Assembly: GCA_964436235.1 (NCBI GenBank)
Contig: CAYTCW010000008.1
Coordinates: 2,006 to 55,734 of the forward strand
Reading direction: 5' to 3'
Source: an uncultured bacterium
Lineage (GTDB): Bacteria > Muiribacteriota > UBA9980
DNA: 53,729 bases
A program made the position numbers and the translations under genes. The notes beneath the pieces are model-generated. The model was not told the DNA's origin, made no database searches, and worked only from the letters and a program-made list of their open reading frames with translations. Below are positions 9,457 through 17,761 of the stretch, in pieces; the first letter of the stretch is position 1; the number at the start of each line of letters is the position of its first letter.

Positions 9457-10069
9457 ATAAACCGCCTGGTATTGAAGGCTCGCCGCCGTAGCGGGCTGAA
9501 TTGTTGCGTTCACGGCATTGCAAAAGCGTTTTCTGGCACGCCGGATAAGCCGCTTTTGTGGCCGCGCTTACGCCGCACTCGATACCGCCATATTCAAACG
9601 GGCAGAAGTTTTTAAGCATTCTTTTTTCAGGCCGCCGGGCCATGAGCGGATAGCCCGCGCCGAGCGAAAAAGTTACCCAGTTCGCGTCGGCGGAGCTGTC
9701 AGTTATTTCGAAGGTTTCCTCAAGTTCAGCCGTGGCCGAAGCGAGATTTTTAGAATGAACGACAAAAAGCGTCACCGTTGCGCCCACTCCGCCGTTGCCC
9801 TGTTCGAGATAATATTGAATTATCCTGGTCACGTTTGAAACGCGGATTGTGATCGACGGCAATTCGCCTTTACTGTCTTCCGTCACATCGTCTAAATCGA
9901 ACGGGAACGGCGTCCACGTTTGAGCGCGCCATGTTATTTCGTCGGTATTGCGTACAAGCCGTAAAGTTATCGCCGGAGTCGTTAAAACGATTTCAAGCAA
10001 AACCAGAAAAGCGCCGTCAGTGGCAATTTTATTCTTTTCGATAATCGCCGCGGCTGATAAACTTAACAT
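9449..10069 (-). CDS. Minor tail protein L-like
   Basis: Sits between the M-like and K-like genes. C-terminal Cys cluster FCPFEYGGIECGV..CQKTLLQC, as in lambda gpL-type proteins. Confidence 0.7.
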   Translation of the reverse strand: MLSLSAAAIIEKNKIATDGAFLVLLEIVLTTPAITLRLVRNTDEITWRAQTWTPFPFDLDDVTEDSKGELPSITIRVSNVTRIIQYYLEQGNGGVGATVTLFVVHSKNLASATAELEETFEITDSSADANWVTFSLGAGYPLMARRPEKRMLKNFCPFEYGGIECGVSAATKAAYPACQKTLLQCRERNNSARYGGEPSIPGGLYV

Positions 10070-10099
10070 GAGGTTTCACCTTCTTTATTTTTATTTAGT

Positions 10100-10441
10100 T
10101 TAAACTTCGCGAATCGAGATTTGCACCTGATAATAGCCAGAGTCGATAAGTTCGACTGTCGGCGGGGCGGTAAAACGATATTCGCTCGTAACGCTGGTTA
10201 ACGGATGCGTCCAATTGAACGAAAGCGCGCCACCCGAAGTCGTGGTGACAAAAAAAGTTTCGAGCGACGCCCAATCGGTCGAACTCATGCGAGACCATTT
10301 AAGCAAATACCCATTACGGCGGCGCGTAAACCGATTCCGCGTCTGCTCGACGCCGCTTTCAAACTGCGAGCGTATTACGCTGTCTTCAAAAGTGTATTCA
10401 AGCGGGTAACGCGGAGCCGCTATCGTTGGAAAATTTGCCAT
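10100..10441 (-). CDS. Minor tail protein M-like (distal tail)
   Basis: 113 aa, immediately downstream of the tape measure gene. Assignment is by position. Confidence 0.55.
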   Translation of the reverse strand: MANFPTIAAPRYPLEYTFEDSVIRSQFESGVEQTRNRFTRRRNGYLLKWSRMSSTDWASLETFFVTTTSGGALSFNWTHPLTSVTSEYRFTAPPTVELIDSGYYQVQISIREV

Positions 10442-10444
10442 TTG

Positions 10445-13400
10445 TTACCCCCTCGCTCCGGCCATAACCGTTCTCATGCCGCCGATGTTGCGCGTGTATG
10501 CGTCTAAAACAACACCGACGATATAACGCTGACCGTCAAACTTCGTTTCTTGCTTAACCTCGGCTTTAACGCCGAGATTGTTTTGTACATTGACTATTAC
10601 CGTGGGCGCTGAGTTTGATGCACTTTTAAGCGCATGATTCGGCACGATCGTACCGCTTGCGGACGGCACGAATAACTCCGGGCCGCGCTCGCCGACGATA
10701 TAAGGCCGGCCAGCATAAACAGGGCCGCCATCGGCTCTAAAACCGAAAAGACTTGTTATCGCGCTTAAAAATCCGCCGCCGGAACTGCTTTCTTGCCCGC
10801 CGCCGCCAAGAATGCTCGATATGATTTTTTGAGAAAATGCGTTTGCCAGAGCGCTTGAAATAGCTCTAACGATACCCTGCAAAAAGCTTTTAACATAATC
10901 GCCTAAGCTTTTTAATTGCCCGGTCATTGCGTCGAAGAAGAACTCCTGAAAAGAACTTTGCATTGACATTGCGGTTTGACGGCCTACTTCCTGCATATTA
11001 CGCGCCCAGGTGCCGAAAGAATCGGAAGTTTGTTTTAACCCCGACATAAAACCTTCGAGGCCGCTCAACGGCGTGTTTTGTATGCTTTTTTCCGTTTCGG
11101 CAAGCTGTTTTCTTAATTCGTAGCGTTCCGCAAAAGATTTTCGTTCATCGGCAAACTGCTCTTGCAAATATTTTTTCTTGTTTTCCAGTTCTTTTCTGTT
11201 CAGCCGGTCGATTTCTTCCTGTGTTTTAAGGTTTAGATCGAGTTCGAGCTGGTTATACTCAATACGCATGTTGTATTTTTCAATCTCAGCCTGGCGTTCT
11301 TTATCGTCGCGTTCTTTTTTAGCCTGGCTGATTTTAAGGCCGACTTCGTTTTCGACGGCGATTCGCGCCTGCATATCAGTAACCGGGTCGCCAGTTCCGA
11401 GCGCTTTAAGCCGCGCTTCTTTTTCTTTTTCGATACCGGCGACGGCGATCTGGAATTCGGCTTCGGCCTGAGCCTTTTTGTCATCGCGCATTTTCGCCAT
11501 GATTAAATTCGTATCGTTTCTCATGCCGGTCCAGGCATCACGCCAGGCGCGCTTGATAGGTTCCGTCATTATGTTCTGATATTCGCCGATCTTCGCTTCC
11601 AGCGCCGATGTGTCGAGGCCTTCCATTTTGCCTTTCCCGACAAGCTCGCGCTGCATTTTATCGATTTCATCATTTATTTTGGACATGCCGAGCTGATACG
11701 ACGATCCGGTTTCAGATATGATCTTCTGGTTCAAGTCATTAAAAGCGTCCTGGATGCGATTGGCGAGTTTGAAAGTTTTATTTTCTGCAGCGCTTCCACC
11801 ATTTTTTTCATTGGGATAAATAAGTGGAGATTTGATATTATTAAAAACTTTTTCACCTTTTTCATTATTTTTACCTGTTTCAGACATACTATCAAGAAAT
11901 TTCGAAAACGGCGAATTAGCAATTTGTGATTTTTCAATTTCAGTTTTTAATTGTGTTAGATGTCCGCTAACATATTGTTTTCCAAAATTATAGGCTGTTT
12001 TAATGACATTACTATCAGGAAGTTTCTGGAATTCATTTGCATAGTCTTTTTTGATATTTTCTTTTTTGCTTTCAGTTGGTCTGGGAATTTCAAGCGGAGT
12101 AAATTTTATTCCTATGTATTTGAACATATCTAATCTGCTAAAAGCATCTTGGATTGAATTTACCATTTCGTATATTTTTATTTTTATATGCTCTGTAGTT
12201 TTTTCAAAAACCGTATATATATTGGCGCCAAGGTCAATAAAAAAATTTTTAATTCCGTTGTATGCCCACAAACCGATATCATATATTTTTACAAAAGCTT
12301 CCGTTACCGAGTCTAAGCTGGCAAGGACAATATTAAACGCGCCAGCCAGAATATTACCATTTCCCCATGCTTGAAGCTCAATTTTAATTTTTTCAAAAAA
12401 AGGATAAATAAAGTTAAAAATACCGGCAATTTTTGTTTTAATTGATTCTGGGATCATGTTTTCAAAAGCTTTTTTAAATCCCGATTTTTCCATTATTTCT
12501 ACAAATTTATCCGACCAATTAACAACTTCATTGAGTATTGATTTTAATCCTGAAAATACAGTTTCACCGGTTTTACCGATAATTTGAGAAAAATTATCTT
12601 TAATGTTGCTCATGATGCCATAAAAAGTTTTAGATTGTTTAGCCATCATATCTTTATATCTTGCGCCAAAACCGTCAATTAAAGCGTCAATAACTTTATT
12701 TATTTCCATGCCTGAATCTTGAACTTGTTTAATGGACATTTTAAATTTATCTCGAAATATTTCCTCGATTGGAAGCCCAAGATTGGTAAGAGGCCGTGTG
12801 TCCTCTATTACAACTTTTCCAGCACCCCGCATCTGCCCAAGCTGCGTTACAATAGTTTTTAGCTCTGGCGCTCCTTTTCCTATGCCTGCTGTTGCATCGC
12901 CGATTTTTCTAAGGTCCGGCAATATTTTTTGAGCACTCCAGCCAAAAGCAAGCATAATTCGAGATGTTTCTTCAAGGTCTTCATATTCAAAAGGTGTTAT
13001 ACGTGCCTCGGTTTTTAATTTTCGTATAAAATAATCAGCAGCTTCCGCTGATTTAAAAAAATTAGTAAAACTTATTTTCGATTGTTCCATACGTGCATTA
13101 AAACCAATCAAGGCATTACCTAAAGAATCAAAAGATGTCGATAGTCCGGCGATAGCCAGCTGAGCAGTGCCAAAAGCCAAAGCTTGTTTGACTACACTGG
13201 AAAATGCACCTGCTAAACCTTTAGCGGATGCCTTAACTTTGTCGAATGCCGAAGATAATGTTTTCTGAAAATTAAGGCCTTTTTTTGCGGTATTATCCAA
13301 CGATTGATTTAAGGAGTTTAGGCCGGATATTTGAATTTGCTTGTTTTTTTCAGCCAATGCCATTTGGGATTTATACCATTCGTTGACTTTCATCGTAACG

Positions 13401-13921
13401 CGCGGATCATTATCATCAAGAGACAATGCTTTTATCTTGGCGTCGCGCTCTCGCGCAAGCGCTGTAACGACAATTTTATATTCAGCTTCTGCCAGAGCTT
13501 TTTTATCACCTAATATTTTGGCATTAGTGAGCGCGGTTTGATTGACTAAATCTTCATTAGCCTCTTTCATGGCTTGACGCGCTGGTTCAAGCATCAGGCG
13601 TGAATATTCGTTGAGCGAAGGCATTACTTTTGAAACATCGATATTTGCGTCTTTGGCTAAAGAAATAAGCAAATTTTTAGTTTTTGAAATTTCTGAATTT
13701 AAGTCTTTAAACTTATTTTCAAAGCCTCCAGACGACATTTTTCCTATCGATTTATTTAAGCCTTCAAAAGCATTTTTAAAATCATTAGTAGCTGCCACTG
13801 ATTCAGACATTGTTTTTAAAGCTGAACCGCCTACATCTTTCAAAGTAGATGAGACCTTTTTAAGAGATGAAGAAGCGTCATCGACTGCTTTGATTACAAT
13901 TTCTATATTTTGATTTGCCAT
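10445..13921 (-). CDS. Tail tape measure protein
   Basis: 1158 aa, highly alpha-helical/coiled-coil, downstream of the G/GT chaperones. C-terminal GGPVYAGRPYIVGERGPELFVP motif. Confidence 0.9.
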   Translation of the reverse strand: MANQNIEIVIKAVDDASSSLKKVSSTLKDVGGSALKTMSESVAATNDFKNAFEGLNKSIGKMSSGGFENKFKDLNSEISKTKNLLISLAKDANIDVSKVMPSLNEYSRLMLEPARQAMKEANEDLVNQTALTNAKILGDKKALAEAEYKIVVTALARERDAKIKALSLDDNDPRVTMKVNEWYKSQMALAEKNKQIQISGLNSLNQSLDNTAKKGLNFQKTLSSAFDKVKASAKGLAGAFSSVVKQALAFGTAQLAIAGLSTSFDSLGNALIGFNARMEQSKISFTNFFKSAEAADYFIRKLKTEARITPFEYEDLEETSRIMLAFGWSAQKILPDLRKIGDATAGIGKGAPELKTIVTQLGQMRGAGKVVIEDTRPLTNLGLPIEEIFRDKFKMSIKQVQDSGMEINKVIDALIDGFGARYKDMMAKQSKTFYGIMSNIKDNFSQIIGKTGETVFSGLKSILNEVVNWSDKFVEIMEKSGFKKAFENMIPESIKTKIAGIFNFIYPFFEKIKIELQAWGNGNILAGAFNIVLASLDSVTEAFVKIYDIGLWAYNGIKNFFIDLGANIYTVFEKTTEHIKIKIYEMVNSIQDAFSRLDMFKYIGIKFTPLEIPRPTESKKENIKKDYANEFQKLPDSNVIKTAYNFGKQYVSGHLTQLKTEIEKSQIANSPFSKFLDSMSETGKNNEKGEKVFNNIKSPLIYPNEKNGGSAAENKTFKLANRIQDAFNDLNQKIISETGSSYQLGMSKINDEIDKMQRELVGKGKMEGLDTSALEAKIGEYQNIMTEPIKRAWRDAWTGMRNDTNLIMAKMRDDKKAQAEAEFQIAVAGIEKEKEARLKALGTGDPVTDMQARIAVENEVGLKISQAKKERDDKERQAEIEKYNMRIEYNQLELDLNLKTQEEIDRLNRKELENKKKYLQEQFADERKSFAERYELRKQLAETEKSIQNTPLSGLEGFMSGLKQTSDSFGTWARNMQEVGRQTAMSMQSSFQEFFFDAMTGQLKSLGDYVKSFLQGIVRAISSALANAFSQKIISSILGGGGQESSSGGGFLSAITSLFGFRADGGPVYAGRPYIVGERGPELFVPSASGTIVPNHALKSASNSAPTVIVNVQNNLGVKAEVKQETKFDGQRYIVGVVLDAYTRNIGGMRTVMAGARG

Positions 13922-14272
13922 TTAAACACCTTCTCTCTTTTGGGAATTTGAAATTACCGCCCATTCGACGGCCTGAAGTACCTTTAATTTTTCGTGATCT
14001 ATCTGTATTTCAAGAATTTCGGCGATCTTAAAAACTGCGTTATAATCCAGACCGATTGTGTCGCCCATAGCGCTTATTTTCCATTGTGTAGCCGAAGCGC
14101 GGAGCAATTCATAAACTTCAAAATTGCCTTTATCCAGAACCGGCGGATTATGTTCGCACCCTTCGCATGGCGTTTTTCGTTTTGTCCGGATGAAATGGGG
14201 ACGGCACATTTTCGAGCAATATTCGGCTCTTTTGGCGTCCGTCTCCATTATCCAGACCTTGGTTAGTTTTTT
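13922..14272 (-). CDS. T-extension of tail assembly chaperone GT, reached by a -1 frameshift from ORF 14263..14577
   Basis: This ORF is in the -1 frame relative to G and overlaps its 3' end. It has no convincing start of its own. The slippery heptamer sits directly before the G stop. Confidence 0.7.
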   Translation of the reverse strand, partial: KKLTKVWIMETDAKRAEYCSKMCRPHFIRTKRKTPCEGCEHNPPVLDKGNFEVYELLRASATQWKISAMGDTIGLDYNAVFKIAEILEIQIDHEKLKVLQAVEWAVISNSQKREGV

Positions 14273-14577
14273 ATTGATTCGGGGCCGTAATACGCGCGTC
14301 TGCACGTATCAGCCGCAAGCTCGCTAAGTTGATAAAATTCGAGTTTATCGGTTTCTTCCGCTAAATCACTGTAAATATTGTCGATTATCCAGTCAACCAT
14401 TTCAACTAACTTAGCCGGATTATCTTTATTTTCTGAATTAACTGCATAATCAAGCCCTGCGTCACGAAAAGCCTTTATTTGAGGGCGCGTCATTGGCCTG
14501 ACTTCCATCGGGTGATATGATTTTTCTTTTTCCACATTATCATTAACTGTTGTTTCATTTGCGTTTTCATTACTCAT
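14263..14577 (-). CDS. Tail assembly chaperone G
   Basis: 104 aa, acidic, between the tail tube and tape measure genes. It ends in the slippery heptamer. Confidence 0.75.
   Translation of the reverse strand: MSNENANETTVNDNVEKEKSYHPMEVRPMTRPQIKAFRDAGLDYAVNSENKDNPAKLVEMVDWIIDNIYSDLAEETDKLEFYQLSELAADTCRRAYYGPESIKN
14266..14272 (-). promoter_or_regulatory. Programmed -1 ribosomal frameshift site A AAA AAC (G/GT)
   Basis: The minus-strand sequence ATA AAA AAC TAA ends the G ORF. A slip to AAA AAA C continues as LTKVWIMETD.. in ORF 13922..14305. Confidence 0.75.
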
Positions 14578-14593
14578 TTGTTTTTACACTCCT

Positions 14594-14625
14594 TAAAAAA
14601 TAAGGCCCGAATCGCTCCGGGCCTT
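14594..14625 (-). terminator. Intrinsic terminator or attenuator downstream of the tail tube gene and the mini-array
   Basis: 8-bp GC-rich stem aaggcccg/cgggcctt (14602-14625), followed on the minus strand by ATTTTTT. Confidence 0.6.
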
Positions 14626-14658
14626 TAGTTAACGTTCTTTTTTTTGCTATACTTACTT

Positions 14659-14756
14659 AGACCTGATTAAAAGGGATTAAAACGCTTCGAATATTTCGGC
14701 CTGGAACGTGTTCACGCGGTCATTCGAAAAAGACCTGATTTAAAAGGGATTAAAAC
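14659..14756. CRISPR. Mini-CRISPR array: repeat (14659-14683), 47-nt spacer (14684-14730), repeat (14731-14756)
   Basis: Repeat 1 is AGACCTGATTAAAAGGGATTAAAAC and repeat 2 is AGACCTGATTTAAAAGGGATTAAAAC (1-nt indel). A third copy lies at 43105. The first 39 nt of the spacer match the phage's own tail gene at 15150-15188 in 32/39 positions, and 6 of the 7 mismatches are at codon third positions. Confidence 0.75.
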
Positions 14757-16078
14757 TAAAACGAAGCTACGTCGTTAACGAGCGTTACAATAGCCGCGCT
14801 CGCGCCCGCGTCATCACCGAAATAAGCCCTGTAATTCAGGTCAACCATGACACCGGCTGGACCGCTTATCGCCGGGCTCGAGCAGTCGAATAAAACTTCG
14901 TTGAATTTGAAACTTAACGATTTATTCGCGCCCGATGTAAACTTCAATTCAATCGACGTTTCCGTCGCGTTTGCGCCCTTATCGATTAATGAAGTGTCGG
15001 TGAATAAGGTTTTAAGCGTACCGCCAAAAGTGAAAACGCCTTCGGGGATGTCGCCGCGCTCGCCGCCGCCCCCGATGACGTACTGGTTGCCGTCTAAATT
15101 CGAGCCGAAGTTGATTTCGCCCGAACTTATAATGCCGCTCGATACGCCGGCTTCAAATATTTCAGCCTGAAAAGCGTTTACACGGTCAATAACGACCTCA
15201 ACGGCGCTGGAGTCGTATTCGGAATCGCTTATCGCTTCTTTCGCACCGATAATGTCCATGCTTGCCACGAGTTCGCCTTCATCGCCGAAAGGTAGTTTAA
15301 ACGAACCGATTTTGCACCCGTTGTAAAGGAAATATTTGTCGATATCGGTGAAGCCTTTTTCCAATACTAACGACGGCTGGGCGTCAGTTACTTTGAAAAC
15401 GTGCGAGTATTTATCAACGCCTGCCGTGGCCGTAGCCGCCGCCGCGTGGCACTTCATAAACGACGCGCCGGATATATCCGTGCCCGATGAAGCAGCCGAC
15501 AAAGCCGACACGCTCGATGCCGCGCCGGTAGTACCTGATGTTATTTTAAAATTTGTAGTTCCGGCTTGCCAGGCAACCGTCGCGAGCGTAAAACCGCCGC
15601 TTCCGACGGCTCTGATTTTAGCCTGTATCGCCGCCGCAACGCCCGCCATGTCGGACGCGCCCGAAAGGTCTATACTTGTTATACTCTGTTCGGAGCCGTT
15701 AATCGTAACTTTAAACGAGCCGTCGCTTATCGCTGTCCACGTCCCGAGCGTGTCGGTTACGCCCGTTGCACCCGTTAAATAACCGGCTATTCTCTGGTCG
15801 GTAGTGTCAGGCGCGCCGAAAATGGCCTTCATCCAGTAACCGATTGAACGGTAACACAACGGTACCGTTAACGCGCCGTCAACTGCGGTTCTGCCTATTG
15901 CCGGCTGGATAGGATTGCGGCCGCCGCGAATCGTAGCCGGATCGATAAGATTTCTTGTCTTTTTTAATTCGAACGTATTGAAAGGCATTATTTTGCCAGC
16001 CTTCGGGCTCGGATTAGCTTTAAAAGTAGTTTCGTAATCCATCACCAGAGCTGATAATGCACCCTTTGCCTGTGGCAT
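14756..16078 (-). CDS. Major tail (tube) protein, probably with an inserted or decorating domain
   Basis: 440 aa, sitting directly upstream of the G/GT chaperones. Followed by a terminator. Strong SD. Confidence 0.65.
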   Translation of the reverse strand: MPQAKGALSALVMDYETTFKANPSPKAGKIMPFNTFELKKTRNLIDPATIRGGRNPIQPAIGRTAVDGALTVPLCYRSIGYWMKAIFGAPDTTDQRIAGYLTGATGVTDTLGTWTAISDGSFKVTINGSEQSITSIDLSGASDMAGVAAAIQAKIRAVGSGGFTLATVAWQAGTTNFKITSGTTGAASSVSALSAASSGTDISGASFMKCHAAAATATAGVDKYSHVFKVTDAQPSLVLEKGFTDIDKYFLYNGCKIGSFKLPFGDEGELVASMDIIGAKEAISDSEYDSSAVEVVIDRVNAFQAEIFEAGVSSGIISSGEINFGSNLDGNQYVIGGGGERGDIPEGVFTFGGTLKTLFTDTSLIDKGANATETSIELKFTSGANKSLSFKFNEVLFDCSSPAISGPAGVMVDLNYRAYFGDDAGASAAIVTLVNDVASF

Positions 16079-16118
16079 AGTTATTCCCCCTCGTTTTATT
16101 ATTTATTCATTTATTTTT

Positions 16119-16568
16119 TTATAAAGTGCGCTTTGACCATTCGATACGAACGGCCTTTTTAGATCCGATTAGCGGCCTCATTGCGTCTAAGTCGCCCATG
16201 GTTTCATCGATTTCAACGTATATTATGTCAGCGCCGAGTATTGAGCTTTCTACGGTATGCGCCCATTGAGTAAGAGCGGCATTGAAAGCGTCCTCGAGCG
16301 CCGATAGTTTTTGATAACCGTCGGCCGGGTCCTTTTCGTCGGAGCGCTCGTAACAAAAGGCCATTATTTCGACCGTTCCGTCGCCGCCCTTGATTAATTT
16401 TTCTTTTGTTTCGCGGTCCCTTGCCAGGAAGATCGCGCCACCTTCCGTAACCTCTTTAATCATGTTATTTGGATTGATTGCGCCGAGTTTTACGGTTACT
16501 CCCGTCAGCGCGGGCTGTGCGACTAAAAAATCGCGCAGGCTGATTAATGCGTCGTACCAGACAGCCAT
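16119..16568 (-). CDS. Tail completion / tail terminator protein (by position)
   Basis: 149 aa, immediately upstream of the tail tube gene. Its ATGA overlaps the stop of the upstream gene. Confidence 0.45.
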   Translation of the reverse strand: MAVWYDALISLRDFLVAQPALTGVTVKLGAINPNNMIKEVTEGGAIFLARDRETKEKLIKGGDGTVEIMAFCYERSDEKDPADGYQKLSALEDAFNAALTQWAHTVESSILGADIIYVEIDETMGDLDAMRPLIGSKKAVRIEWSKRTL

Positions 16569-16570
16569 GA

Positions 16571-16969
16571 TTAACCCCTCCCCAGCGTTATTTTTCCGAT
16601 CGACGCGGGCGAAACCGTTGAAACTCCGGTTAGCGTTTCAAGGCTCATTTGCGGTTTCAACTCGTTCAATTCGTCTTTGAAAAGTTTTATTTTTGACGCC
16701 CATTTATCGGTAGGTTCCTGTCCCATAAAAGCGGCGTCAGAAGATCCGGCTTTTTGTTTACATTTTTCATAGCAGACGAAAGCTATGAGAAGCCGTTTGA
16801 CTTTGTAAGGCAACGGATCGGGCACATCGGCAAGCGTTATGCCTACCGATACGCATAAATCCTCAAGAAAAGCGTCGGCCGCGTCTAAATCCGCCTGGAT
16901 AACTCCTGAACTTACAAGCTCGTCGGTCACATCTGCTAATATTAGCAATGATGTAGGTTCTTCGGGCAT
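16571..16969 (-). CDS. Head-tail joining (neck) protein (by position)
   Basis: 132 aa, acidic N-terminus, tightly packed in the neck gene cluster. Confidence 0.45.
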   Translation of the reverse strand: MPEEPTSLLILADVTDELVSSGVIQADLDAADAFLEDLCVSVGITLADVPDPLPYKVKRLLIAFVCYEKCKQKAGSSDAAFMGQEPTDKWASKIKLFKDELNELKPQMSLETLTGVSTVSPASIGKITLGRG

Positions 16970-16970
16970 T

Positions 16971-17504
16971 TTAAATCCGTCCTTTCCATCTGCTTAATTC
17001 GCCGAGTGCTTTATTAATGTGCCTGTCAAATATGTCATTAATGTTGGCCGTTTCGTTTTCGGCGGCTTTATAGATGAACGGGTCCGGCTTTGTTCCGGGA
17101 TGCCAGACATGTTTAGCAAAAAAGTTAAATCTACCGTCACCGCTCTGCCAACGCAAGGCCTTTTTCTTAACCGGCGCAATGCCGTGAGGCCGAGTGCCTT
17201 CGTGGACAAAAACACCGTAAGAAGTATCAGCCGTTAAACGAAATTTATCACTACTAACCACCCCCGCCGAATTATCAAGCCATACACGACCAACCGGCGG
17301 CCATTGACTAACTATTTCATAGTTTATTGAGTCTTCGAGTGCTGTAGTTCTTGACCTGAAACTATGTTCACGGCGCGCTCTACGCTGAACAGCTATTAAT
17401 GACTGCTTTAATGCCTTTCGCATAGCGTCTTTAGTCGCTTTGGGCGCAGTTTCAAAAGCCGCCAGTAATTCTTTTAAGCGCTTTATTTCAACTTTCAATT
17501 GCAT
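16971..17504 (-). CDS. HK97 gp10-like head-tail joining protein
   Basis: N-terminal ..LKELLAAFETAPKATKDAMRKAL.. and VFVHEGTRPH motif, typical of the gp10 family. Confidence 0.6.
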   Translation of the reverse strand: MQLKVEIKRLKELLAAFETAPKATKDAMRKALKQSLIAVQRRARREHSFRSRTTALEDSINYEIVSQWPPVGRVWLDNSAGVVSSDKFRLTADTSYGVFVHEGTRPHGIAPVKKKALRWQSGDGRFNFFAKHVWHPGTKPDPFIYKAAENETANINDIFDRHINKALGELSRWKGRI

Positions 17505-17554
17505 ATCATCACCGCCAATTAAAAAGGCGAGCCGAGGCCCGCCTTGTTTTAGTT

Positions 17555-17761
17555 TTATTTCTTTTTTCTGCCTGTGTTTTTTTCTTTTGTTTCCGGTTCT
17601 TCCGGATGATTTTCCGCCGGCTTTTCTTTTTCGAAAACTTCCGGTTTTATTTGGTCCGGTTCCGGCGCCGGTTTAGGTTTTATATTTTTATTCGGCTCTA
17701 ATTCAAGCCGCTGTTTTTCCATTACCCGGCGGGCCTGCTGGAATCCTGTTATATCTCCCAT
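17555..17761 (-). CDS. Hypothetical Lys/Pro/Glu-rich small protein
   Basis: 68-aa ORF in the operon; low-complexity composition. Confidence 0.35.
   Translation of the reverse strand: MGDITGFQQARRVMEKQRLELEPNKNIKPKPAPEPDQIKPEVFEKEKPAENHPEEPETKEKNTGRKKK

Noticed and set aside
9457-9513. N-terminal extensions given by the ORF track for several genes (9001..9513, 26337..26798, 31792..33648, 39405..40010, 40731..41036, 41038..41334, 43254.., 44771.., 46021..)
   Set aside because: In each case an internal ATG is preceded by a good Shine-Dalgarno sequence and/or forms an ATGA/TAATG-type overlap with the upstream stop. The extensions overlap upstream genes or are low-complexity.
14578-14756. Search for cas genes, a leader with a further repeat, or additional spacers near the mini-array
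   Set aside because: The array occupies a 178-bp intergenic gap between structural genes. No Cas-like ORF (Cas1/2/9/12, RAMP) was recognised anywhere in the window, so I call it an orphan mini-array rather than a CRISPR-Cas locus.
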